From an uncultured Methanoregulaceae archaeon (GTDB taxonomy: Archaea; Halobacteriota; Methanomicrobia; Methanomicrobiales; Methanospirillaceae), in NCBI GenBank assembly GCA_963737635.1, contig CAVTTL010000001.1, positions 320,001-384,000 on the forward strand: a stretch of 64,000 nt of DNA. Direction: 5' to 3'. A program made the translations under genes and the position numbers. The number at the start of each line of letters is the position of its first letter. Position 1 is the stretch's first letter. This document shows positions 8,707-19,594 of this stretch, in pieces. The notes beneath the pieces were generated by a model. That model searched no databases, was not told the origin of the DNA, and saw only the letters and a list, made by a program, of their open reading frames with translations.

Positions 8707-9746
8707 GAGATATCACTCCCCAGAAGTTCCTCGACCATTGCACCGGGCTCAAAGGGTACGATATCATCATAGGCCTGCCCGGTTCCAAGGAAAAGCAGGG
8801 GTTTTCCAATGGTATGAGCGATCGAGATCGCTGCTCCGCCCCGGGAGTCCATATCCGCTTTGGTGAGCACGATGGCATCGGCCCCCACGGTCCGGTCAAA
8901 TTCTGCTGCCCGTACAACCGCATCGTTTCCTGCCACCGCCTCGTCAACGTACACGACGAGATCGGGTTTCATCACGCGCCGGATCTTTTCAAGCTGGCTC
9001 ATAAGGTTCGCCTTCGTGTGGAATCGGCCTGCGGTATCAGCAAGTACCACATCGGTGTTGTGTGCCTGTGCATACTGTACGGTATCAAAGAGCACCGCTG
9101 ACGGGTCGGCGCCTGACTGGTGTTCGATTACCTTGATCCCCAGGCGTTCTGCGTGCACACCGATCTGCTCGATAGCTCCCGCCCGGTACGTATCGCCAGC
9201 ACCGATCACCACCGAGAAACCCTGCTTCTTAAGATATGCTCCGATCTTTGCGACGGTCGTGGTCTTACCGGTCCCGTTCACTCCGGTAAAGAGGATCTTG
9301 ACCGGTCGCTCGTGGGTTTTGATGTACGCCGGCAGGTCAAGACCCGAGCCGAGCACCTTAAGCAGGGCTGATTTAAGGGCCCGGACAACGAGAGCATCCA
9401 CAGATTCACCGATCTTGCGGTGTTTTCCCACGAGGCCGCTGCGGATGTCGGCGACGAGCGCCTCGGCGACCGGCAGTGCAACATCGCTTTCGAGAAGGGT
9501 CATCTCCAGCTCTTCAAGGGCCCCGGCAACGTCTTTTTCCGAGACTACCAGTTCACGATCGATGACAAGAATCCGGACTTTCTCGGCAAGCGTCGGAGTC
9601 TTTGCCGGACCTGCTGCCGGCCGGGCTTCATCCGGTTGTGCGGGAGCGGCCGGGGCAACCGGCTGAGCTGCCTCTGCTGCTGCCCCGATACTTGCGCCAA
9701 GCCGGTCCCGTGCTGCCTGCAGCCGGTCCCTGAGACCCGAAAACAT
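8703..9746 (-). CDS. ftsY: SRP receptor FtsY
   Basis: GVNGTGKTTT, DTYRAGAIEQ, DTAGR, GTGQAYDD. Confidence 0.96.
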   Translation of the reverse strand: MFSGLRDRLQAARDRLGASIGAAAEAAQPVAPAAPAQPDEARPAAGPAKTPTLAEKVRILVIDRELVVSEKDVAGALEELEMTLLESDVALPVAEALVADIRSGLVGKHRKIGESVDALVVRALKSALLKVLGSGLDLPAYIKTHERPVKILFTGVNGTGKTTTVAKIGAYLKKQGFSVVIGAGDTYRAGAIEQIGVHAERLGIKVIEHQSGADPSAVLFDTVQYAQAHNTDVVLADTAGRFHTKANLMSQLEKIRRVMKPDLVVYVDEAVAGNDAVVRAAEFDRTVGADAIVLTKADMDSRGGAAISIAHTIGKPLLFLGTGQAYDDIVPFEPGAMVEELLGSDIS

Positions 9747-9763
9747 AGGTGAGCTTTCCCCGC

Positions 9764-10246
9764 TTATTCTTCGTCGTTATCTTCGTGAGCGTGCCGGAGG
9801 GGGGCTGGTCCTTCTGCCGCAGATGCCTGCCTGTACCCCTGCTCCAGCCGTTTTGCGATCTCATTCATCTGGGTACGGAGTTTTTCGAGGGCCTCGGCAA
9901 CTTTTTTCTGTGAGGCTTCCATCTCGGTGATCCGGTCTTTGAGATACTCCACTGCGTCTGTGTTTGTCTTCTCGATGATAACCTCAGCACCGATATTGAG
10001 AAGGACTTTTTCCGGTTCGAGGATCTTCGCCCTCAGGCTCGCCCCGCCGCCGATCTGGAGAAGAACGGTGCCATCATCTGCAGCGACAAGCGCCTCAAGT
10101 GCTTCGATCGCGGCAAGCGCTTCCATGCGCCCGTTCTCCATAAGTTCAAGCTGGCCGGCAAAGACTTCGGCCTGCTGTCCGTATTCCTTTAAATAATACT
10201 GGAGCGTCTCGATTTCACGCTGATCCATGGGTTGTGCTGCTGCCAA
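9764..10246 (-). CDS. pfdA: Prefoldin alpha subunit (start TTG 10246 or ATG 10228)
   Basis: Coiled coils flanking VLLQIGGG..VLLNIGAEVIIEK hairpins; upstream of ftsY. Confidence 0.9.
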   Translation of the reverse strand: MAAAQPMDQREIETLQYYLKEYGQQAEVFAGQLELMENGRMEALAAIEALEALVAADDGTVLLQIGGGASLRAKILEPEKVLLNIGAEVIIEKTNTDAVEYLKDRITEMEASQKKVAEALEKLRTQMNEIAKRLEQGYRQASAAEGPAPLRHAHEDNDEE

Positions 10247-10612
10247 GATTTCTGCCCCCCCCTACCTTTTATGCGGGTAAATAGGTCTTTCTGATATGTT
10301 TGTCCGCAGGGTGCATAAATACATCATTATGGGGTGCTTTGGAAGCCTCCTAAAAAATAGCTATCACCGTAACTTACCTGAACCATGTGATTGTTCCTCA
10401 CGAGTACCGGTTGATGCGGACAGAACGGTCAGAAAGAAAGATTTCGCCTTTTCATAAAATGAAAAGATTAATTAACACGAGTAAGCCGCTATTATTCAGG
10501 TCTATCCCGGTGCCGGGCCGGCATGGCCGTTGCAGCCGGACGCGGTCACTCCAGAATCGCCGGTCACCCCGACCCCATCGATGGACCTGTGAGCATTGCC
10601 TCGGAGTTACCT

Positions 10613-12968
10613 ATGACAGAAAATCTCAGCCCAAAAGACCAGATGCGGGTCGCCATCGTCGATGACATGCACACAACCGACACCCCACAGGGCAGAGCCA
10701 TCTCCCGGATCATGGACGGACTTCGGCAGTTTGGGATCGAAGTCACCGATGTTGCCTCGCCTGATGATGCACGGGCGGCCTATTCGACCCTCGCTGCAAT
10801 AGACTGCATCCTTATCAACTGGAATATCGGGGGGAGTTCCCCCAGACGCCACGCTGATACTCAGCGTCTGATATGGCAGATACGTGAGATCAACGAGCAG
10901 ATCCCAATCTTCCTTATGGGAGAACCGACCAATGCGGCCCCAGTTGATCTCGATATGGAGATGGTCAAAGAGATCAACGAATACATCTGGGTGATGGAGG
11001 ACACCCCTGAGTTCATCGCGGGCAGGATCAGTGCCGCGGCCCGTCGGTACCGTGAACACCTTCTCCCACCGTTTTTCGGGGAGCTGGTACGATTCTCTAA
11101 AGATTTCGAATATTCCTGGCATACCCCCGGCCATGCGGGAGGCATTGCGTTCCTGAAATCACCCGCAGGACGGGCTTTTCATACCTTCTTTGGGGAGCAG
11201 CTCTTCCGGTCGGATCTTTCGATCTCAGTCGGAGAGCTGGGATCGCTGCTCGACCACTCCGGGCCGGTAGGAGCGGCGGAGCGGTACGCGGCCAAGGTCT
11301 TTGGTGCAGACCAAACCTATTTTGTGACAAATGGTACTTCAACAGCAAATAAGATCGTCTTTTTTGGGAGGGTGACAAAAGACGATATCGTCATTGTCGA
11401 TAGGAACTGCCATAAATCAAGCGAACATGCGCTCACCATGACCCATTCGGTGGCAGTCTACCTGATGCCGACCCGGAACCGGTACGGGATCATCGGCCCC
11501 ATTCCGCCTTCAGAGATGACACCCTCGGCGATCAAGAAAAAGACAGCCGCCTGCCCGCTTACCAAGGGATTAGCAGAAGCCAAACCCGTGCATGTGATCA
11601 TCACCAACTCCACCTACGACGGTCTCTGCTACCACGCGGCCGATGTCGAGGCACTGCTCGGGAAAAGCGTGGACAGTATTCACTTTGACGAAGCGTGGTA
11701 TGGCTATGCACGGTTCAACCCGCTCTACCGGGACCGGTTCGCGATGCGGGACGGCTCAAAGGATGAAAAAGGTCCGACCGTATTTGCCACCCAGTCCACC
11801 CACAAGCTGCTCGCAGCCCTCTCCCAAGCATCGATGGTTCATGTAAGGAACGGGCGTGTCCCCATCGAGCATGCCCGGTTTAACGAGGGTTTCATGATGC
11901 ATAGTTCCACCTCCCCGCTCTATACGATCATTGCATCACTTGACGTCTCCTCAAAGATGATGGAGGGCGCTTCCGGGAAGAGTACTGACAAACGAGTCCA
12001 TCGATGAGGCAATCCGGTTCCGGCGCATGATGGCCCGGATCCGGCACGAGATTGAGGGCCGTAAAAAAGGCAAGAGCGGTACACCTCATGACTGGTGGTT
12101 TGGGATGTGGCAGCCGGAGACGGTCACCGATCCGAAAACAAAAAAGAAGATCCCCTTCCAGGACGCACCAATCGATGTGCTCCGGAACGAGCCGTCAGCA
12201 TGGGTGCTCCACCCGGGGGATACCTGGCACGGCTTTTCCGGTTTCCCTGACAACTACTGCATGCTCGACCCCATCAAGGTAACCGTGCTGATGCCCGGTG
12301 TCAATGATGACGGATCGCTTGCCGACTGGGGCATCCCGGCGGCACTTGTCGTGAAATTCCTCGACACCCGCGGCATTATAAACGAGAAGTCCGGGGACTA
12401 TTCCATCCTGTTTTTATTCTCTATGGGCATCACCAAAGGAAAATGGGGGACACTTATAACCGAACTCTTCGAGTTCAAGCGGCACTATACAGAAAATACC
12501 CCGCTCGAAGAGATTTTCCCTGACCTTACAACTGCATGCCCCGGCCGGTACGCAGGCATGAAACTTCAGGATCTCGTCAAAGAGATGCATGAATTCAAGA
12601 AGGAGCACCGGATGTGCGAGCTCCTCGGCGAAGCTTTTGCGATCCTGCCGGAACCGGTGCGGACCTATGCGGACGCCTATGCGAGACTGGTGAAAAATGA
12701 GGTCGAATACCTGCCGGTGGAAAAAGCGGGTGACCGTATCCTGGCGACCGGTATCGTCCCCTATCCCCCGGGGATTCCCCTGCTTGCACCGGGGGAGAAG
12801 ACCGGGAAACTCTCGGGGCCGATCCTTCAGTACCTTAAAGCTCTTCAGGATTTCGACAATGCATTCCCGGGATTCTCGCACGATATTCACGGAATCGAGA
12901 TGGTAAACGGGAAGTACATGATGTACTGCCTTAAAGAGACCGGCAGGAAAAAGGTGAAACGATCGTGA
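10613..12968 (+). CDS. Orn/Lys/Arg decarboxylase (PLP, fold type I, with N-terminal wing domain); frameshift near 11980
   Basis: WHTPGHAGG, FVTNGTS, DRNCHKS, HFDEAW, QSTHKLL (PLP Lys), HSSTSP; LDPIKVT and VPYPPGIP in the second ORF. Confidence 0.92.
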
Positions 12969-14392
12969 GCGAAGAAAACAAGAAAACGGCTCCCCTGCAA
13001 AGGAAAAAGATCCTTGGTGTCTTTGCCCTTGCGATGATAAACGTTGCCGCAGTCTTAAGCATCAGGAATTTCCCGTCAATGGCGGAGTACGGCTGGTCAA
13101 GCATAGGGTGGTACATCATCGGGACAATCCTCTTTTTGATCCCGATCTCGCTTGCCGGTGCTGAACTTGCTACCGGCTGGCCGGAAGGCGGAGGTATTTA
13201 TGCATGGGTTAAGCGGGCGTTTGGCGATACCGGGGGATTTATGGCGATCTTCTGCGAATGGTCCAACAACCTTGTCTGGTTCCCGACGGTACTAGCGTTT
13301 ATTGCGTCGACGCTGGCGTTCGCACTCACTCCGACACTTGCAAACAACCCCCACTATATGTTTATCGTCATGATGGCCGCGTTCTGGGGAACGACCCTGA
13401 TTGCCCTGTCAGACCCGGAGCTCACCAACAAATTTTCCAATGTCGGTGTTATTCTGGGAAGTATTATCCCGGCAGTCCTGATCATTGCGCTTGGTGTGAT
13501 CTGGATCGCAGGAGGATCAAAGACTGTGCTGCCACCGTTTTCTTTTGGAGCAATGCTCCCTACGATCACCTTCTCAACCCTGCCCTTCTTTGCTACCATC
13601 GTCCTGCTCTTCTCGGGAATGGAGATGGCAGGATTTCATGCCCTTGAGACAAAAAATCCCCAGAAAGACTACCCACGAGCCATGGCATTTTCTGCCATCA
13701 TTATCTTTGTCTGCACGGTACTTGCCACGCTCGCGATCGCTTTTGTGATCCCGGCAAACCAGTTGAATCTTGCATCGGGAGTTATGCAGGCAATCCAGTA
13801 CTTCTTCGTCTCGTTTGGTCTTTCCGCCTTGGTAGCACCCATGGCCCTCCTGATCACCATCGGTGGTGTCGTTCTTCTGGCGGCATGGCTTATCGGGCCG
13901 GCGAAAGGTCTTGGTGTGGTTGCAGAGGATGGGAATATGCCCCCTCTGTTTGACCGGACCAACAAGCACGGCTCACCGGTGGCAATCCTCATCATCCAGG
14001 CCATCATCGGCTCGATTATTTCCCTTCTCTACGTCTTTCTTCCTTCGGTTAATGCTGCATACTGGCTCCTGTCTGCTATCACGACCGAGCTTTTGGCCAT
14101 CGTATACCTGTTCGTCTTTGCAGCGCTCATCAAGCTGCGGTACAACCAGCCGGACACGCCACGGCCGTTCAAGATCCCCGGGGGGATGATTGGCGTCTGG
14201 ATCGTGGGAGGCCTTGGAGCATTCGGCGTCATCTTCACCTTTATCGTAGGACTAATTCCCCCGTCGTTCTTTGCAAATGGACCAGCCTATGTCGCAGCCG
14301 TACTCATAGGTACCTTTATTCTTGCCGTCCCACCACTGATCTTCTTAAAATATAAGAAAACCTCATGGAAAGCCACACCTCCTGGGAACTAA
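12965..14392 (+). CDS. APC-family amino acid permease (GadC-like antiporter)
   Basis: About 12 TM helices; AELATGWPEGGGIYAWVKRAFG, PRPFKIPGG; start overlaps decarboxylase stop. Confidence 0.88.
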   Translation: MSEENKKTAPLQRKKILGVFALAMINVAAVLSIRNFPSMAEYGWSSIGWYIIGTILFLIPISLAGAELATGWPEGGGIYAWVKRAFGDTGGFMAIFCEWSNNLVWFPTVLAFIASTLAFALTPTLANNPHYMFIVMMAAFWGTTLIALSDPELTNKFSNVGVILGSIIPAVLIIALGVIWIAGGSKTVLPPFSFGAMLPTITFSTLPFFATIVLLFSGMEMAGFHALETKNPQKDYPRAMAFSAIIIFVCTVLATLAIAFVIPANQLNLASGVMQAIQYFFVSFGLSALVAPMALLITIGGVVLLAAWLIGPAKGLGVVAEDGNMPPLFDRTNKHGSPVAILIIQAIIGSIISLLYVFLPSVNAAYWLLSAITTELLAIVYLFVFAALIKLRYNQPDTPRPFKIPGGMIGVWIVGGLGAFGVIFTFIVGLIPPSFFANGPAYVAAVLIGTFILAVPPLIFLKYKKTSWKATPPGN

Positions 14393-14465
14393 TGCATTAC
14401 CCTCTCTTTTTGTTATAGAGATTCAAAACGCAATTCTCATCTCTCATGGACGGTAACATCCCTCT

Positions 14466-15953
14466 ATGAGTGGTTATGGTACCGGTGCTGCCAGATCCGG
14501 CTTTTTCCTTCTGGTTTTCTCTATCTCGCTTGCCACGTTTATGGCCGGTCTCGACGGCACGATCGTAAACATTGCCCTCCCGACCATCTCACAGGCTTTC
14601 AACGTATCATCGACCACCGTGAGCTGGGTCGCCACTGCCTACCTGCTCGTGATGGCCGGCTGCGTACTGGTCTTTGGGAAGATCTCGGATATTATCGGGT
14701 TTAAGCGGATCTTTCTGTTAGGGTTTGTCATTTTTACGCTTGGCTCGTTTGCTTGTGGTTCCCTGCCGGACATCTTTGGTTCGCTGACCGTGTTGATCGG
14801 CGCACGTATGGTCCAGGCGGTCGGGGGCGCGATGATCACCGCGATTGCCCCGGCCATGGTGATTGCCTATATACCAAGGGAGGATATTGGAAAGGCGATG
14901 GGGATTGTCATGACACTGGCCGCGCTTGGGACAGCACTTGGGCCGACCATCGGTGGCGTCCTGACCCAGTACCTCTCGTGGCACTGGATCTTCTTTATCA
15001 ATGTACCGGTGGGAATAGGTGCAGTCCTCCTCGGGGAGAAAGTGATCCCATCATCGACCGGCAAAGGTTCTCTTGCCGGCTTTGACCGGGCTGGCGCCCT
15101 GCTTATCTTCTGTGGTCTCGCTTCCCTGCTTTTTGTTGTTGCCGAGGGGGAGGATCTGGGCTGGACTTCTCCGACCATACTGGTCCTTGCCGCTGTCGCC
15201 CTTGGTACCCTTGGATGGTTTGTGTGGCATGAATGCCGAGTCGCTGACCCGCTTCTCGACTTCGGGCTTTTTAGGAATAAAAATTTCCTCGCAACGAATC
15301 TTTTACTCTCGCTTGTCTTTTTCAGCTTTGCCGGGATCAACTATCTCCTGCCCTTCTACCTGAAATATGTCAGTGCTTATGATACCTCCGATGCCGGTTT
15401 CATTATGACCTCGCTTTCCTTTGCGATGATGGGGGCCGGTATTCTCGCCGGGGTTCTCTTCAACCGGGTAGGACCAAAGAAGCTCTGCATCGCGGCCGGA
15501 GTTCTTCTAGTGGCAGGCTATTTCTGTATCATGCAGCTTCATTCGGATACCCCGGTCCAGTACGTCGTCCTCTGCCTCGTACTCATCGGCCTTGGACTGG
15601 GCCTTGTCATCACACCTGCATCGAACATGGTGATGAACTCAGTTTCGAAGGCAAAACAGGGGATGATCTCGAGCCTCACCAGTCTCGAACGCTTTGTCCC
15701 CCTTACCCTCGGGATAGCCATGTCCAACCTGATCTTTTTATGGGGGCTCCTCTCCGTTGCTGCAAACCACAACGTGACGCGGGAATCCCCGATCGATCTT
15801 CAGCTTAAGGTAGTCACGGCCGGCTTTGATCTCGCATTCCTTGGCTCCTTTATACTCGGCCTCATTATCCTCATCCTGACGTTAGTGATACACCAGGAGA
15901 TCCACCCGGACTATCAGGACGAATCGGCTGGTAGTGGGCCGGGAATGATCTGA
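14466..15953 (+). CDS. MFS transporter, DHA2 (14-TM) family
   Basis: LDGTIVNIALPTI, GKISDIIGFKR, WHWIFFINVPVG motifs. Confidence 0.9.
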   Translation: MSGYGTGAARSGFFLLVFSISLATFMAGLDGTIVNIALPTISQAFNVSSTTVSWVATAYLLVMAGCVLVFGKISDIIGFKRIFLLGFVIFTLGSFACGSLPDIFGSLTVLIGARMVQAVGGAMITAIAPAMVIAYIPREDIGKAMGIVMTLAALGTALGPTIGGVLTQYLSWHWIFFINVPVGIGAVLLGEKVIPSSTGKGSLAGFDRAGALLIFCGLASLLFVVAEGEDLGWTSPTILVLAAVALGTLGWFVWHECRVADPLLDFGLFRNKNFLATNLLLSLVFFSFAGINYLLPFYLKYVSAYDTSDAGFIMTSLSFAMMGAGILAGVLFNRVGPKKLCIAAGVLLVAGYFCIMQLHSDTPVQYVVLCLVLIGLGLGLVITPASNMVMNSVSKAKQGMISSLTSLERFVPLTLGIAMSNLIFLWGLLSVAANHNVTRESPIDLQLKVVTAGFDLAFLGSFILGLIILILTLVIHQEIHPDYQDESAGSGPGMI

Positions 15954-16145
15954 AAGGGGTATAAAATTCGGTGCTGTTGGGTTAATGATATCGTCGTGAC
16001 GTATCAATGTTTAAAAGTCCCGACGATGCGATAGAACCGTCCATTGCGATAATTTTTTAAAGAATATCCAAAGAATTGTTAAATATTGAATTGTCTTGTG
16101 TTTTTCCAGAGAAGTCTTTCCGCATTTCGCATTGTCCGGATTATT

Positions 16146-16721
16146 CTATGAACGGAACCCATAGACACGTTTGATCCGGTGGGCGATTGTCTTCCAGTCT
16201 TCCTTTCTCATAAGGGGGCCATCGCGCAGCTTGATATGGGAAAGGGTAAACCGTTTTCCATCAACTACGTATTTCTGCCCGACAACAAACTCGTCTTCTC
16301 CTTCGCATTCCATATACAGGGGGATCGTCTTCCTACCGTCGTGGACTGAGATCTTCACGACAACGCGGTCGATGGTCCGGGTCCACAACGTGGTTATATC
16401 CCTTACCTTTGCCCGTGGCAGCCGTTTCCCGCCACACTCGATCGCCGTAACTTCAACCCCATAGGCTTCCTCGCCGCATTCCGCGACAAGATGATCGTCA
16501 AGAAAACACTCGTCTTCCGGGTCAAATTCGATGATTCCGGTCAGTGAGGTTCCTTCCATGGAGACAATGGTCTTTATCACCACCATTTCAGGCTCTTTTT
16601 CCCAGGGAATCCGGTGGTGGTGACCACACGCGGTGCACCTGACGAGGCGGTCGCGGGATTCAGAGAGGACCTCATGCTCGGTTTCTTCCCCGCACTCAGG
16701 ACACAAAACGGTGATAAACAT
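16146..16721 (-). CDS. HVO_0476-family zinc-finger protein
   Basis: CPECG..HEVL..CTACGHHH N-terminus. Confidence 0.75.
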   Translation of the reverse strand: MFITVLCPECGEETEHEVLSESRDRLVRCTACGHHHRIPWEKEPEMVVIKTIVSMEGTSLTGIIEFDPEDECFLDDHLVAECGEEAYGVEVTAIECGGKRLPRAKVRDITTLWTRTIDRVVVKISVHDGRKTIPLYMECEGEDEFVVGQKYVVDGKRFTLSHIKLRDGPLMRKEDWKTIAHRIKRVYGFRS

Positions 16722-16756
16722 TAAAATATGATTGGCGACCCTCACATGATAAAAGC

Positions 16757-17186
16757 ATGGAAGCGCACGAGATTATCCGGTGCCAGGGGCATCCCCTCGT
16801 TCTAGGCACCCATCCGACTACCTTTGAGCTGACCTGCGAGGAGCATCTTTCCCACAACGGCAACTGTATCATCGGCGTCGCTGCAGACAAAGGATGTGCC
16901 GGCCTCTCCAAAGAATTCCGGTCTCTTCTCGCCAACGATGATGCAGTGCTTGTGACCCGGCTTTGCGTTGGTAGCGTTATCGCAGAAGTGAGATCGCATG
17001 GCTCACCTCACCTCACGCTCGCTCACCCGGCCGATCTGGTCTGGCGGCGGAGTACATTTACCTGCGAAAGGACTATCGGCGTCTGCTCGGATCGGGTCGC
17101 TGCAACGCTACCGCGGGAGCTGATTGCCCGGACTCCGGGGCGGGGCAGAGATGACCGTTATGCTGACCGTCACACGTCCCGGCTGA
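16757..17186 (+). CDS. DUF371 family protein; frameshift near 17128
   Basis: GHPLVLGTHPTTFELT..GNCIIGV..LVWRRS..RT; plausible C-terminus LRGGAEMTVMLTVTRPG* in shifted frame. Confidence 0.8.
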
Positions 17187-17355
17187 GTGTCGTAATCTTT
17201 TCTTCGGCGTCGGCAAGCAGGGTTTCGCATTGCTTTACGAGCACTGCACCTTGTTCGTATAACTTCATACTCTCGTCAAGGCTCGTGCCGCCGTCCTCAA
17301 TCTTTGCAATGATCTGCCGTAACTGCTCTATCTTCTCCTCATAGGTTTCCGTCAT
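17170..17355 (-). CDS. xseB: Exodeoxyribonuclease VII small subunit
   Basis: YEEKIEQLRQIIAKIEDGGTSLDESMKLYEQGAVLVKQCETLLADAEEKI. Confidence 0.92.
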   Translation of the reverse strand: MTETYEEKIEQLRQIIAKIEDGGTSLDESMKLYEQGAVLVKQCETLLADAEEKITTLSRDV

Positions 17356-18615
17356 AATCCACACGCTCTGCCACAACCCGGCTCCTGCCGTCGTAAAACC
17401 GCAGGTCCAGCCGGTCATCTTTCCTCAGGGTCTCAACCGATCTCACTACAGTGCCATCTTTTTCCGCCACGCAATAGCCCCGGGCCAGTACCGCACGCGG
17501 GCTCCTTCCTTCGAGCGCCGTTTTCATCTCTGCGAGCATAAGGCGGTCACGTTCGATCCGGGTGACAAACGCCCGTTCAAGCCGGTCGGAGAGATCCAGC
17601 TGTTGCCTGTCGTTTCTCGCTGATCATCCGGGAGAACCGTTGCGGGCGGAGGCGGTCCCGGAGATCGGCGATCTCCTCACTTGCTCGTGAGATCCGCGTA
17701 AGCAGGGCGGCACTCGAGCTGGCACTGGAGATCCCCAAGCGCGATCTGGAGGTCTTTTCGGTCCGGTACAACCAGTTCGGCCGCAGCTGAGGGTGTCGGC
17801 GCCCGCACATCTGCAGCGAGATCGGCAAGGGTTACGTCCACCTCGTGGCCAATGGCCGAGACGACCGGTACCGGGCAGGTAGCAATTGCCCGGACAACGT
17901 CAGGATGGTTGAAGGGGAAGAGATCCTCAAAACTTCCTCCACCCCGGGCAACGATCACGACGTCGGCATGTGCCGCGACACGTGCGATGGCCCGTGCGAT
18001 CTCAGTAGGTGCATTTTCTCCCTGTACAGCAGCAGGGGAAATGACAATTTCCACCGGAAAACGACGGGCAATAACGGTACGGATATCGTGGATGACCGCC
18101 CCGGTCTCCGAAGTGACCACTCCCACCCGTGTGGGAAACGACGGCAGCGGACGTTTGCGCTCGGTGGCAAACCATCCCTCTTGGGCGAGTTCTTTTCGCC
18201 ACCGTTCGACAAGCAGGTACTTCTCCCCGGCACCACCCTTTGTCATCTTTTTGACTTGTAACTGGTAGGACCCCTGTGGCGGGTACACCCGGACCGAACC
18301 GGTAACAACCACCTCCACACCGTCTTCTGGTACAAAGGAAAGCCGTTCGGCATCCGACCGCCACATAACACACTTGATCACTGCAGCCATACTGCCTCCT
18401 TCTTTCTCGGAGAGGGAAAAATACCGGTGGCCACGGCTGTGGCGCTTATAGTTGGTGATCTCGCCTAGCACCCTGACATCCTGCAACTGCGGGGCATCGA
18501 GGAGACATTCAATTATCTCACTGACTTCCCGGACGGTAAGCGGCGTATCTGGTACTACGGGAATTTCCTTCTGTGCCTTTTCATCTGAAGGCTCGGTGCC
18601 GTAAAACCAGTCCAT
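17339..18615 (-). CDS. xseA: Exodeoxyribonuclease VII large subunit; frameshifts in the 17600-17700 region
   Basis: GHRYFSL, ARGGGSFEDL, SAIGHEVD, APTPSAAAE; C-terminal SPRAVLARGY in ORF 17339..17539. Confidence 0.92.
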
Positions 18616-18657
18616 CAGGATTTATTATGCACAAAGCGCTTATCAATTAGTATTATC

Positions 18658-19485
18658 ATGACCGCCTATGGCGTTTCGAGCATGTTCTTCCATGAATACA
18701 CTTCCGGGGAGATCTTCTCATCTGTTGCACAATCGGGCCTTGACGGGATCGAATACTGGCTTGAGACACCCCACTTCTGGCTCCGCGATCTCCCTGTCGA
18801 AGAAGTGATCGCCTACCGGCGGGCACACCCGGAGATCACCACCTTTCATGTCCATACACCCGTTCTCGACCTCAATCCCTGTTCTATCAATCCCGAGGTT
18901 GCGGAGATCTCGGTCGCCTCTGCGGTCCGGTCGCTCGCTATGGCGCAGGCGCTGGGGGCCCGCGTTTTCACGGTACATCCCGGGCGGAGAACAGCAAAGC
19001 GGCCCCCGGGTGATGCGGATCTCGCCCGGTTTGACCACTATATATCCGCGCTCCGGGATGCGGCCGTCAGGGACACGGTAACCGTTGCTCTCGAAAACAT
19101 GGAACCGGTAATCAACTCCCTTATCTATACACCTGAGAAAATGCGGGAAGTCCTTGATGCCGAACCGTGGCTCCGGTTCACGCTTGATACCTCCCACGCA
19201 TTGATGACCTCAGAGGAGACCGTGATGCGGTATATCGATCTCTGTGCAGACAGGCTTACAAACGTTCATCTCAGCCGGGCAGAACATGGCCGGGTCCATC
19301 TGCCGCTGGACAAGAGCCCGGTGATTGCCAGGATCCTTGCCTCGCTCCGCGACCACCATTACCAGGGTGCCCTGGTGCTCGAGATCGACGATCTCAACTT
19401 CAAGTGGCCGCTCTCCGCCCGGGAAAAATGCGCAATCCTTGCAAAGGATCTCTCGTTTGCAAGAGAATGCATGGAACCGGCCTGA
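18658..19485 (+). CDS. Sugar phosphate isomerase/epimerase (xylose isomerase-like TIM barrel)
   Basis: VHPG, LENM, LDTSH, VHLS..HLPL, VLEI metal-binding pattern. Confidence 0.8.
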   Translation: MTAYGVSSMFFHEYTSGEIFSSVAQSGLDGIEYWLETPHFWLRDLPVEEVIAYRRAHPEITTFHVHTPVLDLNPCSINPEVAEISVASAVRSLAMAQALGARVFTVHPGRRTAKRPPGDADLARFDHYISALRDAAVRDTVTVALENMEPVINSLIYTPEKMREVLDAEPWLRFTLDTSHALMTSEETVMRYIDLCADRLTNVHLSRAEHGRVHLPLDKSPVIARILASLRDHHYQGALVLEIDDLNFKWPLSAREKCAILAKDLSFARECMEPA

Positions 19486-19594
19486 TCAGGAGTGCCGTCG
19501 TCCGTTGGTTTTATTAAATCACATTCCCCATACTTGCTGTAGATACCTTCTATGAACCAAAGATACGGTCGTGCTCCTCACGGCGTGAAAGAAG

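Noticed and set aside
7321-9666. Long antisense ORFs (e.g. 7321..8433, 8860..9666) and similar ones throughout the window
   Set aside because: Shadows of conserved genes on the opposite strand in GC-rich coding DNA; no motifs
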